64,000 bases of DNA. Origin: Anaeromyxobacteraceae bacterium. GTDB taxonomy: Bacteria > Myxococcota > Myxococcia > Myxococcales > Anaeromyxobacteraceae. The notes under the pieces were generated by a model, which saw nothing but the letters and a program-made list of their open reading frames with translations, made no database searches and was not told the origin of the DNA. Both the position numbers and the translations under genes were made by a program. How positions within the stretch are numbered: position 1 is the stretch's first letter; every line of letters begins with the position of its first letter. The stretch is from the NCBI GenBank assembly GCA_032654565.1, contig JAULAX010000015.1:64001-128000 (forward strand), read 5' to 3'. Positions 11,158 through 21,385 of the stretch are shown piece after piece.

Positions 11158-12201
11158 TCAGCCCGCCGCCTTGACCATGACCTTCAGGGCCTTCTCCTTG
11201 GCGGCGTCGCCGAAGGTGTCATAGGCCTTCAGGAAGTCGGCGAAGGTGAACTCGTGGGTGATCAGCTGGCGCGGGTCCAGGCGGCCGGCCACCACGGTCT
11301 TGAGGAGCATGGGCGTGGTGGTGGTGTCCACCAGCCCGGTGGTGATGGTGACGTTGTGGGCCCAGAGCCTCTCCAGCTTGAGGGAGACGCTCTTCCCGTG
11401 GACGCCGACGTTGGCGAGGTGTCCGCCCGCGGTCACGATGTCCTGGCAGAGGTCGAAGGTCCCGGGGATGCCGACCGCCTCGATGGCCACGTCGACGCCT
11501 GTGCCGCCGGTCAGCGCCATGACCTTCTCGACCGCCTTGCCGTCGCCGCTGTGGATGGTCCGGGTGGCGCCGAGCCTGGTGGCGACCGCGAGGCGGTTCT
11601 CGTCGAGGTCCACCACGATCAGCTCGGCCGGCGAGTAGAGCCGGGCGGTGAGGAGCGCCGCCAGGCCGACCGGCCCGCCGCCCACGATGGCGACGGTGTC
11701 ACCGGGCTTCACCGCCCCCTTGAGCACGCCGATCTCGAAGCCGGTGGGGAGGATGTCGCTGAGCATCACCAGCGCGTCCTCGTCGGCGCCGGGCGGAACC
11801 AGGTGGAGGCTGGTGTCGGCGTGCGGGATCCGCACGTACTCGGCCTGGGTCCCGTCGATGAGGTGACCGAGGATCCAGCCGCCATCCGCGCAGTGCGAGT
11901 ACATGCCCTTGGTGCAGGCGTCGCACCTCCCGCAGGAGGTGATGCAGGAGATCAGGACGTGGTCGCCCTTCTTGAACCTGGAGACGCCCGGGCCGGCCTC
12001 CTCGATCACCCCGACCCCCTCGTGGCCGAGGATTCGTCCCTCGGTGACGGTGGGGACGTCGCCCTTGAGGATGTGGAGATCGGTCCCGCAGATGGTGGTC
12101 CTGAGCACCTTGACGATGGCGTCGGTCGGGGCCGTGAGGGTCGGCCTGGGCCTCTCCGCCCAGGCCTTCTTCCCTGGTCCCTGGTAGACGAGCGCCTTCA
12201 T
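11158..12201 (-). CDS. Zinc-dependent alcohol dehydrogenase (MDR family)
   Basis: ICGTDLH, GHEGVG, CGRCDAC...C structural Zn site, GGGPVG. Confidence 0.92.
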   Translation of the reverse strand: MKALVYQGPGKKAWAERPRPTLTAPTDAIVKVLRTTICGTDLHILKGDVPTVTEGRILGHEGVGVIEEAGPGVSRFKKGDHVLISCITSCGRCDACTKGMYSHCADGGWILGHLIDGTQAEYVRIPHADTSLHLVPPGADEDALVMLSDILPTGFEIGVLKGAVKPGDTVAIVGGGPVGLAALLTARLYSPAELIVVDLDENRLAVATRLGATRTIHSGDGKAVEKVMALTGGTGVDVAIEAVGIPGTFDLCQDIVTAGGHLANVGVHGKSVSLKLERLWAHNVTITTGLVDTTTTPMLLKTVVAGRLDPRQLITHEFTFADFLKAYDTFGDAAKEKALKVMVKAAG

Positions 12202-12422
12202 GTGAAGCTCCTGGCCTCGCGAGCGTCGGCGAGCATGGTGGTGTGGACGACCATCCGTCGGACCGGTCGGATCCAGGGCACGCAAGCGCGAGCCCAGCGG
12301 TCATGGCTCGTCATCACGCAGGATTGGCGATTCGTCGCAGCCACGCGCCCGGCCAACGGACGTTCGAGTGACCGGACGCCGACCGGCCGTCGGCGTCACC
12401 GCACCGGACAGCCCATGACGCC

Positions 12423-12452
12423 GAAGGGGCCCGCCTCGCGGCGAGCCCCCTC
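12423..12452 (-). terminator. Hairpin downstream of metK, possible terminator
   Basis: Minus strand GGGGCTCGCC-GCGA-GGCGGGCCCC-TTC; GNRA loop, weak U-tract. Confidence 0.45.
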
Positions 12453-12490
12453 AAGGTGCGGCGTGGCCCGCGGGCCGGTCGATGCTCGCG

Positions 12491-13651
12491 CTACCCGGCC
12501 TTCCGCTTCAGCCCGGCGGCGGCGGCCAGGGCCTCGGCCTTGTCGGTCCGCTCCCAGGTGAAGCTCTTCTCGGTCCGGCCGAAGTGGCCGTAGGCGGCGG
12601 TCTTCTCGTAGATGGGCCGGCGCAGGTCGAGCTGCTCCATGATCTGCTTCGGGGTCAGGCCGAAGACGGCGCGGACGGCCCGGGCGATGCGGCCCTCGTC
12701 GGCCTGGGCGGTGCCGAAGGTGTCCACCAGCACCGAGACCGGCTCGGCGACGCCGATGGCGTAGGCCACCTGCACCTCGCAGCGGGTGGCCAGGCCGGAG
12801 GCCACCACGTTCTTGGCGATGTAGCGCCCCATGTAGGCGGCCGAGCGGTCGACCTTGGACGGGTCCTTGCCGGAGAAGGCGCCGCCGCCGTGGCGGCCCA
12901 TGCCGCCGTAGGTGTCGACGATGATCTTGCGACCGGTCAGGCCGGTGTCGCCCATGGGGCCGCCCACCACGAAGCGGCCGGTGGGGTTGATGTGGAACTT
13001 GGTCTTCCGGTCGAGGAGCTTCTTCGGCAGGGACTTGGCGATCACCAGCTCGCGCACCGCCTCGTGGAGGTCCTTGTTGGAGACCTCCTCGGAGTGCTGG
13101 GTGGAGACCACCACGGTGTCGATGCGGAAGGGCTTGCCGCCGCGGTACTCCACCGAGACCTGGCTCTTGCCGTCGGGGCGGAGGAAGTCGAGGCCGCCCT
13201 TGCGGACCCGGGCCAGCTGCCGGGTCACGGCGTGGGCGTACTGGATGGGGGCCGGCATCAGCGCCGGGGTCTCGTCGCAGGCGTAGCCGAACATCATCCC
13301 CTGGTCGCCGGCGCCGCCGGTGTCCACGCCCTGGGCGATGTCCGGGGACTGCTGGTCGACCGCCACCAGCACCGCGCAGGTGTTGGCGTCGAAGCCGGTG
13401 GCGCCGTGGGTGTAGCCGATGTCGGTGACCACCCGCCGGGCGATGCGGGGGAAGTCGAGCAGCGCCTTGGTGGTGATCTCGCCGGCGATCATCACGTAGC
13501 CGGTCTTGAGCAGGGTCTCGCAGGCCACCCGCCCCTTGGGGTCCTGCTTGAGGACGGCGTCGAGGACGGCGTCGGAGATCTGGTCGGCCATCTTGTCGGG
13601 GTGGCCCTCGGTGACCGACTCCGAGGTGAAGAGGTATTCGCTGGCGGACAT
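12491..13651 (-). CDS. metK: S-adenosylmethionine synthetase
   Basis: [28 protein letters not shown]. Confidence 0.97.
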   Translation of the reverse strand: MSASEYLFTSESVTEGHPDKMADQISDAVLDAVLKQDPKGRVACETLLKTGYVMIAGEITTKALLDFPRIARRVVTDIGYTHGATGFDANTCAVLVAVDQQSPDIAQGVDTGGAGDQGMMFGYACDETPALMPAPIQYAHAVTRQLARVRKGGLDFLRPDGKSQVSVEYRGGKPFRIDTVVVSTQHSEEVSNKDLHEAVRELVIAKSLPKKLLDRKTKFHINPTGRFVVGGPMGDTGLTGRKIIVDTYGGMGRHGGGAFSGKDPSKVDRSAAYMGRYIAKNVVASGLATRCEVQVAYAIGVAEPVSVLVDTFGTAQADEGRIARAVRAVFGLTPKQIMEQLDLRRPIYEKTAAYGHFGRTEKSFTWERTDKAEALAAAAGLKRKAG

Positions 13652-13684
13652 GGCGGCGCTCCCTGGAAGGCTCGAAGGGGACGC

Positions 13685-13714
13685 AACCTAAGCGCCCGCC
13701 CGCCGACCTGTCAA
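13685..13714 (-). promoter_or_regulatory. Putative sigma70 promoter of metK
   Basis: TTGACA-N18-TAGGTT on the minus strand. Confidence 0.55.
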
Positions 13715-13767
13715 CATGACGGACGTGCCGCCCACCGTCCGCCGCAGCGGACGCCGCGGCCCCCCCC

Positions 13768-15558
13768 CTACCCGGAGACCGGCCCGACCTGCGAGTCGTG
13801 CTCCATGAGCGAGCCGAAGCGGCGGTTCATCTCGTCGCGGACCTCGCGCTCGATGTCGTCGGCCTGGGTGAGCGCCATCATCCGCGCCACCAGGGCCCGG
13901 CCGTCCTCGGCCCGGGCCGCCCGCAGCACCCGCTTCACCAGCGGGATGGACGGCCCGTTCATGGAGAGCTCGGTGACCCCGAGGCCGAGCAGCACCAGCG
14001 CGTTGATGGGCTCGCCGGCCATCTCACCGCACATCGAGACCGGGATGCCGGCCTCGCGCCCGGCCTCGCACACCGCCTTGAGGAGCCGCAGCACCGAGAG
14101 GTGGAGCGGCCGGTACAGGTAGGCGACGTCCTTGTTCTGCCGGTCGATGCCGATGGTGTACTGGATCAGGTCGTTGGTGCCGATGCTGAAGAAGTCCACC
14201 TCGCGGGCCAGCCGGTCGGCCATCAGCGCCGCGCTGGGCAGCTCGATCATGATCCCCACCGGCGGCAGCGGCAGGTCGTACCCCTCGCGCCCCAGCTCGT
14301 CGCGGACGTCGACGAGGATCTTCCGGGCCGCCCGCAGCTCGGCCGCCCCGGAGATCATGGGGAACATCAGCCGCAGGTTGCCGTGGACCGAGGCCCGCAG
14401 CAGGGCCCGCAGCTGGCTGCGGAACATGTCCGGCTGGCGCAGGCAGTAGCGGATGGCGCGCAGCCCCATGGCCGGGTTCTCGGCGTGGGCCTTGAGGCCG
14501 GCCGGCAGCTTGTCGCCGCCGAGGTCGAAGGTGCGGATGGTGACCGGGCGCGGCGCCAGCGCCTCCAGCACCCGCCGGTAGTCCAGGTAGTGCTCCTCCT
14601 CGGTGGGGAGCCGGTCGCGCTGCAGGTAGAGGAACTCGGTGCGGTAGAGCCCCACCGCCTCGCCGCCGTGGCTGAGCAGGCTGGGGACCTCCTCGGCGAA
14701 CTCGATGTTGCCGGCCAGCCTGACGGTGACCCCGTCCAGGGTGGTGGCCGGCAGCTCGCGGGTGCGGAGCAGCTCGCGCTCGTGGAGCTGGAAGCGGTCG
14801 CGCGCCGCCTCGTAGTCGGCGCGCTCGCCCGGGGTCGGCCCGATGATCACCACCCCGCGGGTGCCGTCGACGATGATCCAGTCACCCCGGTCGGCCAGCG
14901 CGGTGATGCGCCCCACCGCCACCACCGCCGGCACCTCCAGGGCGCGGGCCACGATGGCGGTGTGGCTGGTCTTGGCCCCGGCGTCGGTGACGAAGGCCCC
15001 CACCTTGCGCTCGTGGAGCAGCAGCGCGGTGTCGGCCGGGGTCAGGTCGTGGGCCACGATGATGGCCCCCTCCGGCGGCAGCTCCTCGACGTCCACCTGC
15101 TGGCCCAGCAGGTTCTTGATGATCCGCTCGCCCACGTAGTCGACGTCGGCGCGCCGCTCCTTGAAGTACTCGTCGGCGTCGGCGGCGAAGGCCCCCTTGA
15201 TCTTGCGGACCGCCCGCTTGATCGACCACTCGGCGTTGAGCCGCTCGTCGCGGATCAGCTTCTGCACCTCGAGGACCAGCATCTCGTCCTTGAGCATGAG
15301 CCGGTGGATGTCGATGATGGCGGTGTGCTCGCTGGCGCCGCTCCCCTCGGTGACGGTGACCTTCTGGCGCACCGCCTCGAGCTGCTGGTCGGAGGTCTCC
15401 AGCGCCACCCTGAAGCGGGCCAGCTCCGGCTCGATCTCGTCGGGGCCGAGCCGCCGCTTGGGGGTGCGGACCTTGCGCCGGTCCACCGGCCAGCACTGGC
15501 CGATGGCGATGCCGGGGGAGGCGCCGATGCCGTTCAGGGTGGTGGTGCCTGCCGCCAT
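13768..15558 (-). CDS. ptsI: PTS enzyme I (PEP-protein phosphotransferase)
   Basis: KTSHTAIVAR phospho-His, GLYRTEF, DFFSIGTNDL, MCGEMAG. Confidence 0.95.
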   Translation of the reverse strand: MAAGTTTLNGIGASPGIAIGQCWPVDRRKVRTPKRRLGPDEIEPELARFRVALETSDQQLEAVRQKVTVTEGSGASEHTAIIDIHRLMLKDEMLVLEVQKLIRDERLNAEWSIKRAVRKIKGAFAADADEYFKERRADVDYVGERIIKNLLGQQVDVEELPPEGAIIVAHDLTPADTALLLHERKVGAFVTDAGAKTSHTAIVARALEVPAVVAVGRITALADRGDWIIVDGTRGVVIIGPTPGERADYEAARDRFQLHERELLRTRELPATTLDGVTVRLAGNIEFAEEVPSLLSHGGEAVGLYRTEFLYLQRDRLPTEEEHYLDYRRVLEALAPRPVTIRTFDLGGDKLPAGLKAHAENPAMGLRAIRYCLRQPDMFRSQLRALLRASVHGNLRLMFPMISGAAELRAARKILVDVRDELGREGYDLPLPPVGIMIELPSAALMADRLAREVDFFSIGTNDLIQYTIGIDRQNKDVAYLYRPLHLSVLRLLKAVCEAGREAGIPVSMCGEMAGEPINALVLLGLGVTELSMNGPSIPLVKRVLRAARAEDGRALVARMMALTQADDIEREVRDEMNRRFGSLMEHDSQVGPVSG

Positions 15559-15568
15559 GGTCCGCTCC

Positions 15569-15841
15569 CTACTTCTCCCCGAAGCCGGCGCTGATCAGCT
15601 TGCCCATGGCCGCCATGGCCGACTCGGCGTCGTCGCCCTCGCAGGTCACCGTCAGCCGGGAGCCGCGCGCCGCCGCCAGGGTGAGCACCCCCATGATGCT
15701 CTTGGCGTTGACCGAGGTCCCGTCCTTGATGATGTGCACCTCGCACTGGTGCCGGTTGGCGATCTGCACCAGCTGCGAGGCCGGGCGGGCGTGGAGCCCG
15801 AGCGAGTTGACGATGGTGAAGGTCTGCTCGAGGCGCGCCAC
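15569..15841 (-). CDS. ptsH: HPr phosphocarrier
   Basis: GLHARPA (His15) and NAKSIMGVL (Ser46). Confidence 0.95.
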   Translation of the reverse strand: MARLEQTFTIVNSLGLHARPASQLVQIANRHQCEVHIIKDGTSVNAKSIMGVLTLAAARGSRLTVTCEGDDAESAMAAMGKLISAGFGEK

Positions 15842-16608
15842 TAGGGTCTCCCGTCGAAGCCGGTCACGGCCGCGGCGATGGTGCCGATGGCCGCCGCCAG
15901 GTAGGCGGCGGGGAGGAGCGCCGCGCCGCGGGCCAGCGCCAGGTAGCCGGTGGCCGCCGCCGCCGCCACCACCAGGGCCGCCACCGCCTCGCTCCCCAGC
16001 GCCGGGCCCCCGGCCCGCAGCGCCACCGCCGCCGCCGCGGCGCCGCAGAGCGCCACCCCGGCCGCCCGCAGCCGCTCCGCCATCCTCGGCAGCGCCAGCC
16101 AGGCGATCAGCCCGACCACCGCGTCGCCCTGCTGGTAGCCGGCGCGGAAGAGCGCGGCCCGCAGCGAGAAGTGGATGAGGTTGTAGAGCACCACCGCCGC
16201 CACCACCGCCGGCCAGCCGGCCAGCAGCGCCCCCAGCGCCGCCATGGCGCCGAAGAAGGGCCGCAGCGCCGTCCAGAAGAAGCCGTCGCCGACCGCCGCC
16301 AGCGGCCCCTGCAGCGTCGCCTTGTAGGAGAGCGGCGCCGCCCCCGGCTCCTCGCCGGCGGCCACCCGCTCCTCGTGGTGGATGGCGCCGCCGAGGATGG
16401 CGGCCGCCATGTAGGGGTGGCAGTTGAAGAAGCCGAGGTGGCGGGTCAGCGCCTCCTCGCGCCGGGCCGGGTCCTGGTAGAGGGCGTCGAGCGCCGGCTC
16501 GATGGCGTAGGCGAAGCCGAGGTTCTGCATGCCGCGCCGGTTCCAGGCCGCCTGCAGGAAGAGGCAGCGCCAGAAGACGTGGGCCCGGGTGCGGAGGCGG
16601 ATGGTCAT
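15841..16608 (-). CDS. PTS mannose/fructose/sorbose family IID
   Basis: LQAAWN...MQNLGF, FFNCHP, GPLAAVGDGFFW. Confidence 0.88.
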   Translation of the reverse strand: MTIRLRTRAHVFWRCLFLQAAWNRRGMQNLGFAYAIEPALDALYQDPARREEALTRHLGFFNCHPYMAAAILGGAIHHEERVAAGEEPGAAPLSYKATLQGPLAAVGDGFFWTALRPFFGAMAALGALLAGWPAVVAAVVLYNLIHFSLRAALFRAGYQQGDAVVGLIAWLALPRMAERLRAAGVALCGAAAAAVALRAGGPALGSEAVAALVVAAAAATGYLALARGAALLPAAYLAAAIGTIAAAVTGFDGRP

Positions 16609-17300
16609 GGCGTGGCCCGCAGTCCCAGCCCGATGAGCAGGGCCGCCGCCGTGGCCACGCCGAAGATGGCCCCGGCGCGGCGGGCCCGCAGCGCCTGGGC
16701 GCCGGCGGCGCAGGCCAGCCCGCAGAAGGCCCACCAGCCGATCCGGAGCGGCCCGTCGAGGGCCGGCGCGGCGCGCAGCACCCGCACCGCCAGCTCGGCG
16801 GCCACCCAGGCGCCGGCCGGGGCCAGCGCCGCGGCCAGGGCGAAGGGCATGGCCAGCCCGGCCAGGTTGAGTCGGACCGCGGCGTGGGGGTGGTGGCGGC
16901 GCAGCGCCTCCTCGGCGAAGAGCGCCAGCCGCTCGTTGGCCCCCTCGACCAGCCGGTCGGCGCGGCGGCCCAGCAGCGCCAGCGGCGCCCCGGCCAGCAG
17001 CGCCAGCACCGCGGTGGCCGGGGTCACGCCGGTGCCGAGCGCCTGCCCGGCCAGCACCGCGCCGCCGGCGATGGCCACCGTGCCCAGCGCCTCGTTGATG
17101 GGCAGCGCGGCGCCGAGGTTGACGGCCCCCAGCCAGAGCAGCTCCAGGGGCGCCGCCACCGCCAGGCCGCCGGCCAGGTCGCCCAGCGCCAGCCCGGTGA
17201 GCGGGGCCAGCGCGATGGGTCGGGAGAGCATGGCCTGGAGGAAGCCCTTGCGCTCCACGGCGGCGAGGCCGGCGACGATGCCCAGCAGGAGGTAGCCCAC
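16605..17300 (-). CDS. PTS mannose/fructose/sorbose family IIC
   Basis: MLSRPIAL...ELLWLG motif; hydrophobic; lies between IIB and IID. Confidence 0.82.
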   Translation of the reverse strand: MGYLLLGIVAGLAAVERKGFLQAMLSRPIALAPLTGLALGDLAGGLAVAAPLELLWLGAVNLGAALPINEALGTVAIAGGAVLAGQALGTGVTPATAVLALLAGAPLALLGRRADRLVEGANERLALFAEEALRRHHPHAAVRLNLAGLAMPFALAAALAPAGAWVAAELAVRVLRAAPALDGPLRIGWWAFCGLACAAGAQALRARRAGAIFGVATAAALLIGLGLRATP

Positions 17301-17318
17301 GGTGCTCGCGAGTGTAGC

Positions 17319-17813
17319 CTATCGGGCGGCGGCGTACCGGCGCTCCAGCTCGTCCAGCCCGTACCTGGTGTCCGTGGGGATGGCCTGGGCCTCCACGGCG
17401 TAGCCGGCCGCCTCCAGCGCCCGCAGCGCGGTGAGCTCCTCGGCGGTGAGGAAGACCGAGGGGGTGACGGGGCGGCGACCCATGGCGAAGTGGACGTTGC
17501 CGAGGTTGAGCCGGGGGGCCCGCGCCGGGGTCAGGCCGCGCCGGGTCGCCTCCACCAGCCCCTCGACGTCGCGCACCAGCACCAGCACCCGGGCCGCCGA
17601 GGCGGCCAGCGCGGCGAAGTCGACGGCGGCCATCCGCTCGATGCGGGCCGGGGTCTCGCAGGGGACGCAGAGGGTCATGGCGGCGCGGGCCAGCGGGCTC
17701 TGCGCCGCCTCGTCGTCGGCCACCACCACCTCGGTGGCCTCCAGCCGGGGCATCCAGGCCTCCAGCACCTGCCCGTGCAGCAGCCGGTTGTCGACGCGGA
17801 CGAGCGCGATCAC
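17319..17813 (-). CDS. PTS mannose/fructose/sorbose family IIB
   Basis: RVDNRLLHGQV, LNLGNVH. Confidence 0.9.
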   Translation of the reverse strand: MIALVRVDNRLLHGQVLEAWMPRLEATEVVVADDEAAQSPLARAAMTLCVPCETPARIERMAAVDFAALAASAARVLVLVRDVEGLVEATRRGLTPARAPRLNLGNVHFAMGRRPVTPSVFLTAEELTALRALEAAGYAVEAQAIPTDTRYGLDELERRYAAAR

Positions 17814-17825
17814 GTGGCCCCCGGC

Positions 17826-18239
17826 TCAGCCGTTCTTCTGGACGCGGGCCCGCAGCAGGGCGCTGGCCAGGGTGATGTTCTTCTGCCCCTGCGCGGTGGC
17901 CAGCTCGGCCGCCGCCGCCAGGCCGTTCCCCCGACTGCTGGCCAGCTTCATCAGCATGGGCAGGTTGACGCCGGTGACCACCTCGATCTGCTCGTCGAGG
18001 AAGGTGAGCGCCAGGTTGGCGGGCGTACCGCCGAACATGTCGGTGAGCACCAGCACCCCCTCGGCGTCGGCGCCCACCTTGTGGATGGCGGTGGCCAGCC
18101 GGGCCCGCGCCTCCTCCACCGAGGTGGCGGCGTCGATGGAGATGGCGGCGGCGCAGGGCACCGGCCCGACGATGCCTTCGGCGGTGCGGAGCAGCTCCGC
18201 GGCCAACTGTCCGTGCGTGGCGACGACGAGTCCAACCAT
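17826..18239 (-). CDS. PTS mannose family IIA
   Basis: VATHG, LTDMFGGTP, TGVNLPML. Confidence 0.92.
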   Translation of the reverse strand: MVGLVVATHGQLAAELLRTAEGIVGPVPCAAAISIDAATSVEEARARLATAIHKVGADAEGVLVLTDMFGGTPANLALTFLDEQIEVVTGVNLPMLMKLASSRGNGLAAAAELATAQGQKNITLASALLRARVQKNG

Positions 18240-18253
18240 GGCGGGGCGGAAAC

Positions 18254-19141
18254 CTACTCCTTCTCGATGTCTCGATGCCAGAGGCGAACCGCCTGGCCGG
18301 CCGCCTCGAGCCGCCGGGCCAGCTCCCCGGCGATGGCCACCGAGCGGTGCTTGCCGCCGGTGCAGCCGATGGCGATGGTCAGGTAGCTCTTGCCCTCGGC
18401 CTTGTAGCGGGGCAGCAGGAAGCCGCCGAAGTCGAGGAGCCGGTCGAGGAAGGCCTGGGCGTCCGGCTGCGCCAGCACGAAGTCGCGGACCTCCGGCTCG
18501 GTGCCGACCCGCGACCGCATCTCCGGGACGAAGTAGGGGTTGGGCAGGAAGCGGACGTCGAGCACCAGGTCGGCGTGGGCGGGGATGCCGTAGCGGAAGC
18601 CGAAGGAGACCACGGTGACGCCCAGCTTGGCCCCCTCGCCGCTGACGAAGCGCCGGCCCACCAGCCGCTTCAGGTCGTGGACGTTGAGGCTGGTGGAGTC
18701 GACCACCTCGTCGGCCACCTGGTGCAGCCCGGCCAGCGCCTGGCGCTCGGCGGCGATGCCGTCCTGCACGGTGCCGGAGGCGCCAGCGAGCGGGTGGCGG
18801 CGCCGGGTCTCGGAGTAGCGGCGCACCAGCGACTCGTCGGTGGCGTCGAGGAAGATCACCGTCAGGTCGAGCCCCTTGGCCCGCAGCTCGCCGAGGATGC
18901 GCGGCGCCTCCGGCAGGTGGCGGACGTCGCGGGCGTCGACCACCGCGGCGATGCGCGAGACCTCGCCGGCGGTGTGGCCGGAGAGCTCCAGCAGCTTCTC
19001 CAGCAGCACGATGGGCAGGTTGTCGACGCAGTAGAAGCCGGCGTCCTCCAGGGCCCGCAGCGCCGTCGACTTCCCCGAGCCGGAGACCCCGGTGATGATC
19101 ACCAGCCGCGGGGCGGCCACCGCCGGCGCCGGCCCGGTCAC
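18254..19141 (-). CDS. rapZ: RNase adapter RapZ-family P-loop protein
   Basis: [36 protein letters not shown]. Confidence 0.93.
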   Translation of the reverse strand: MTGPAPAVAAPRLVIITGVSGSGKSTALRALEDAGFYCVDNLPIVLLEKLLELSGHTAGEVSRIAAVVDARDVRHLPEAPRILGELRAKGLDLTVIFLDATDESLVRRYSETRRRHPLAGASGTVQDGIAAERQALAGLHQVADEVVDSTSLNVHDLKRLVGRRFVSGEGAKLGVTVVSFGFRYGIPAHADLVLDVRFLPNPYFVPEMRSRVGTEPEVRDFVLAQPDAQAFLDRLLDFGGFLLPRYKAEGKSYLTIAIGCTGGKHRSVAIAGELARRLEAAGQAVRLWHRDIEKE

Positions 19142-20103
19142 TCGACGTCCGACTCGCCCGGGCTGGCCCCGGGGGAGAGGGCGATGGCCCGGTTGAGCCG
19201 CTCCTGGAACTCCAGCGCCGAGTGGTGGCCCTGCTGCTTGAGCAGGTGGTTGCGGGCGGCCACCTCGATGATGGTGGTCATGTTGCGGCCGGGCCGGACC
19301 GGGACCACCAGCATGGCGATCTCCACGTCGAGGATCCGGTACTTGCGGTCCTCGACGCCGAGCCGGTCGTACTCGACGCTGGGGTCCCACTCCACCAGCT
19401 CCATGACGATCTCGATCTTCTTGCGCTCGCGGATGGAGGCGACCCCGAAGAGGTCCTTGATGTTGATGATGCCCAGCCCGCGGATCTCCATGTGGTGCTT
19501 GATGATCTCGGAGCCGGCGCCGTAGACCGCCTTCTGGGTGCGCCGCTTGACGTCGACGATGTCGTCGGCCACCAGCCGGTGGCCGCGCATCACCAGGTCG
19601 AGCGCGATCTCGCTCTTGCCGATGCCCGACTTGCCCAGCAGCAGGATGCCGACGCCGAAGACGTCGAGCAGCACGCCGTGCATCGAGGTCTGGGCGGTGA
19701 GCACGTCCTCCAGGTAGCCCTGGATCTGCTCGATGAAGTTGGAGGAGACGTGGCTGGTGCGCAGCAGCGGCACCGCGGCCTCGTCGGCGGCGGCCACCAT
19801 CTCCGCGGTGGGCTGGATCCCCTTGGTGACGATCAGGCAGGAGACGTCCTCCTCGAAGAAGCGGCGCATGGCCTCGCGCACCTTCTCCACCGGGAGGGTG
19901 AGGAGGAAGCTCATCTCGGTGTTGCCGAAGATCTGCACCCGCTCGCCGTGCAGGTACTCGGTGAAGCCGGCCAGCACCAGCCCCGGCTTCTGGATGCGGG
20001 TGGAGCTGATGCGGCGCGAGATCCCCTGCTTGCCGGCCACCAGGGTCAGCCGCAGGTCGAAGTTCTTGTCGTCGAGGAGGGCCCCGACGCGGATGGCGTC
20101 CAT
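19138..20103 (-). CDS. hprK: HPr(Ser) kinase/phosphorylase
   Basis: [30 protein letters not shown]. Confidence 0.95.
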   Translation of the reverse strand: MDAIRVGALLDDKNFDLRLTLVAGKQGISRRISSTRIQKPGLVLAGFTEYLHGERVQIFGNTEMSFLLTLPVEKVREAMRRFFEEDVSCLIVTKGIQPTAEMVAAADEAAVPLLRTSHVSSNFIEQIQGYLEDVLTAQTSMHGVLLDVFGVGILLLGKSGIGKSEIALDLVMRGHRLVADDIVDVKRRTQKAVYGAGSEIIKHHMEIRGLGIINIKDLFGVASIRERKKIEIVMELVEWDPSVEYDRLGVEDRKYRILDVEIAMLVVPVRPGRNMTTIIEVAARNHLLKQQGHHSALEFQERLNRAIALSPGASPGESDVE

Positions 20104-20138
20104 GCCCGGCCGAGTCTACTCGCGGGGCTGGCGCGCCG

Positions 20139-20957
20139 CTACCGGGCGGGCTTCGGAGGGGCCGCCGGCTTCGGGGGAGGCGGGGGGGCGGCCGGGCCCG
20201 GCTCGGCGAGCAGCCGGTCGACCATGGCCGAGAGGCCGTCGAGGAAGGCCTCGTCGCCCGCCCCCTTGAGCCGCTCCGACACCGAGGCCACGGTGCGGGC
20301 CCGCGGGGCGTCCAGCGAGGAGATGGTGATCACCAGCGAGCTGCCCACCCGCCCCACCGAGCCGTGGACCACCCGGTCGGCCCCCAGCGCCCCGCCCAGC
20401 TCGGCGAGGCAGCCGGAGTCGGCGCAGCCGGAGAGCATCTGCCGCTTCTTCTCCACGCCCAGCAGGGCCGCCAGGTCCGACTCCGCCACCACCGAGACCC
20501 CGGGGCGCCGCCGCAGCTCGCCGGCCAGCGCCTCGTCGAAGACCGACACCGTCTCCTTCTTGACGTCGCCGCGCGGCGTCAGCGGCAGCAGCACCAGCTT
20601 GAGGGCCCGGACCCCCGGCGCCAGCCCGACGCCGGGCCGGGCGCAGACCACCTTCACGCCGGAGGGCGTCCAGAGCGAGGCGTGGAGCGGCCCGAGGACG
20701 CCGAAGGAGGTGAAGGCCTGCGCCACCCAGTAGAAGAAGGTGATCTGGCTCTCCACCCGGGCGAAGCCGTCGGGGCAGGTGGCGGCCAGGTCGACCGGGC
20801 CGGAGAGCTCGATGGCCCCGCCCAGGGCGCCGTGGTGCCACTGCTCGCGCGGGGCGCCCCCCTCGCCCACCACGCTGGGGCGCTCGTAGCGGATGTGGTA
20901 GCAGCCGGCCAGGCCGACCATCGCCAGCAGCCCCAGCAGCGCCGTGGCCCGCCTCAC
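20139..20957 (-). CDS. Lipoprotein with an N-terminal Bor-like domain fused to a TolB-N/CsgG-like alpha/beta domain
   Basis: Lipobox LAGC; the N-domain parallels the upstream Bor-like protein ([10 protein letters not shown]...C); C-domain [24 protein letters not shown]. Confidence 0.6.
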   Translation of the reverse strand: MRRATALLGLLAMVGLAGCYHIRYERPSVVGEGGAPREQWHHGALGGAIELSGPVDLAATCPDGFARVESQITFFYWVAQAFTSFGVLGPLHASLWTPSGVKVVCARPGVGLAPGVRALKLVLLPLTPRGDVKKETVSVFDEALAGELRRRPGVSVVAESDLAALLGVEKKRQMLSGCADSGCLAELGGALGADRVVHGSVGRVGSSLVITISSLDAPRARTVASVSERLKGAGDEAFLDGLSAMVDRLLAEPGPAAPPPPPKPAAPPKPAR

Positions 20958-21250
20958 CGCTTCACCTCCACGCACTGGATGGTGACGGTGCGCGGGTTGT
21001 AGACGCCGAAGGTGAGGACGTCGACCAGCCAGTCGGTGAACTGGGCGTCGCTGCGCCAGGCGGCCACGCCCTGCGGGCAGGCGGCGTCGAGGTCGACCAC
21101 CGGGTGGCCCACCAGCCCCCAGAAGAAGAAGTGGACGTCCTGCTCCACGTGGGTGGCGGCGGCGGGCCGGCCGGTCTGGTACCGGATGGTCTGGCAGCCG
21201 GCGAGGCCGAGCGCGAGCAGGGCGGCGGCGAGTCGGGCGCGGTGGGGCAC
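20954..21250 (-). CDS. Bor/Iss-like small lipoprotein
   Basis: GTG start; LAGC lipobox; HFFFWGL...VDLDAACPQG...LTFGVYNPRTVTIQC pattern. Confidence 0.7.
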   Translation of the reverse strand: MPHRARLAAALLALGLAGCQTIRYQTGRPAAATHVEQDVHFFFWGLVGHPVVDLDAACPQGVAAWRSDAQFTDWLVDVLTFGVYNPRTVTIQCVEVKR

Positions 21251-21385
21251 GAACAAGGTCTTTATCGCGCCGGAGCCCCGGCGAGAAGGGGCTACCGGTC
21301 CCGGGCCCGGGCGGCCGGCCCCGGTGGGTCTCCCCGGGCGGGCCGCGCGCTCACTGCCCCGGCTTGCCGCTATGCTGCGCGCGCG

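Noticed and set aside
13652..13767. SAM riboswitch upstream of metK
   Set aside because: The leader after the promoter-like element is only about 30 nt and shows no SAM-I/II signature.
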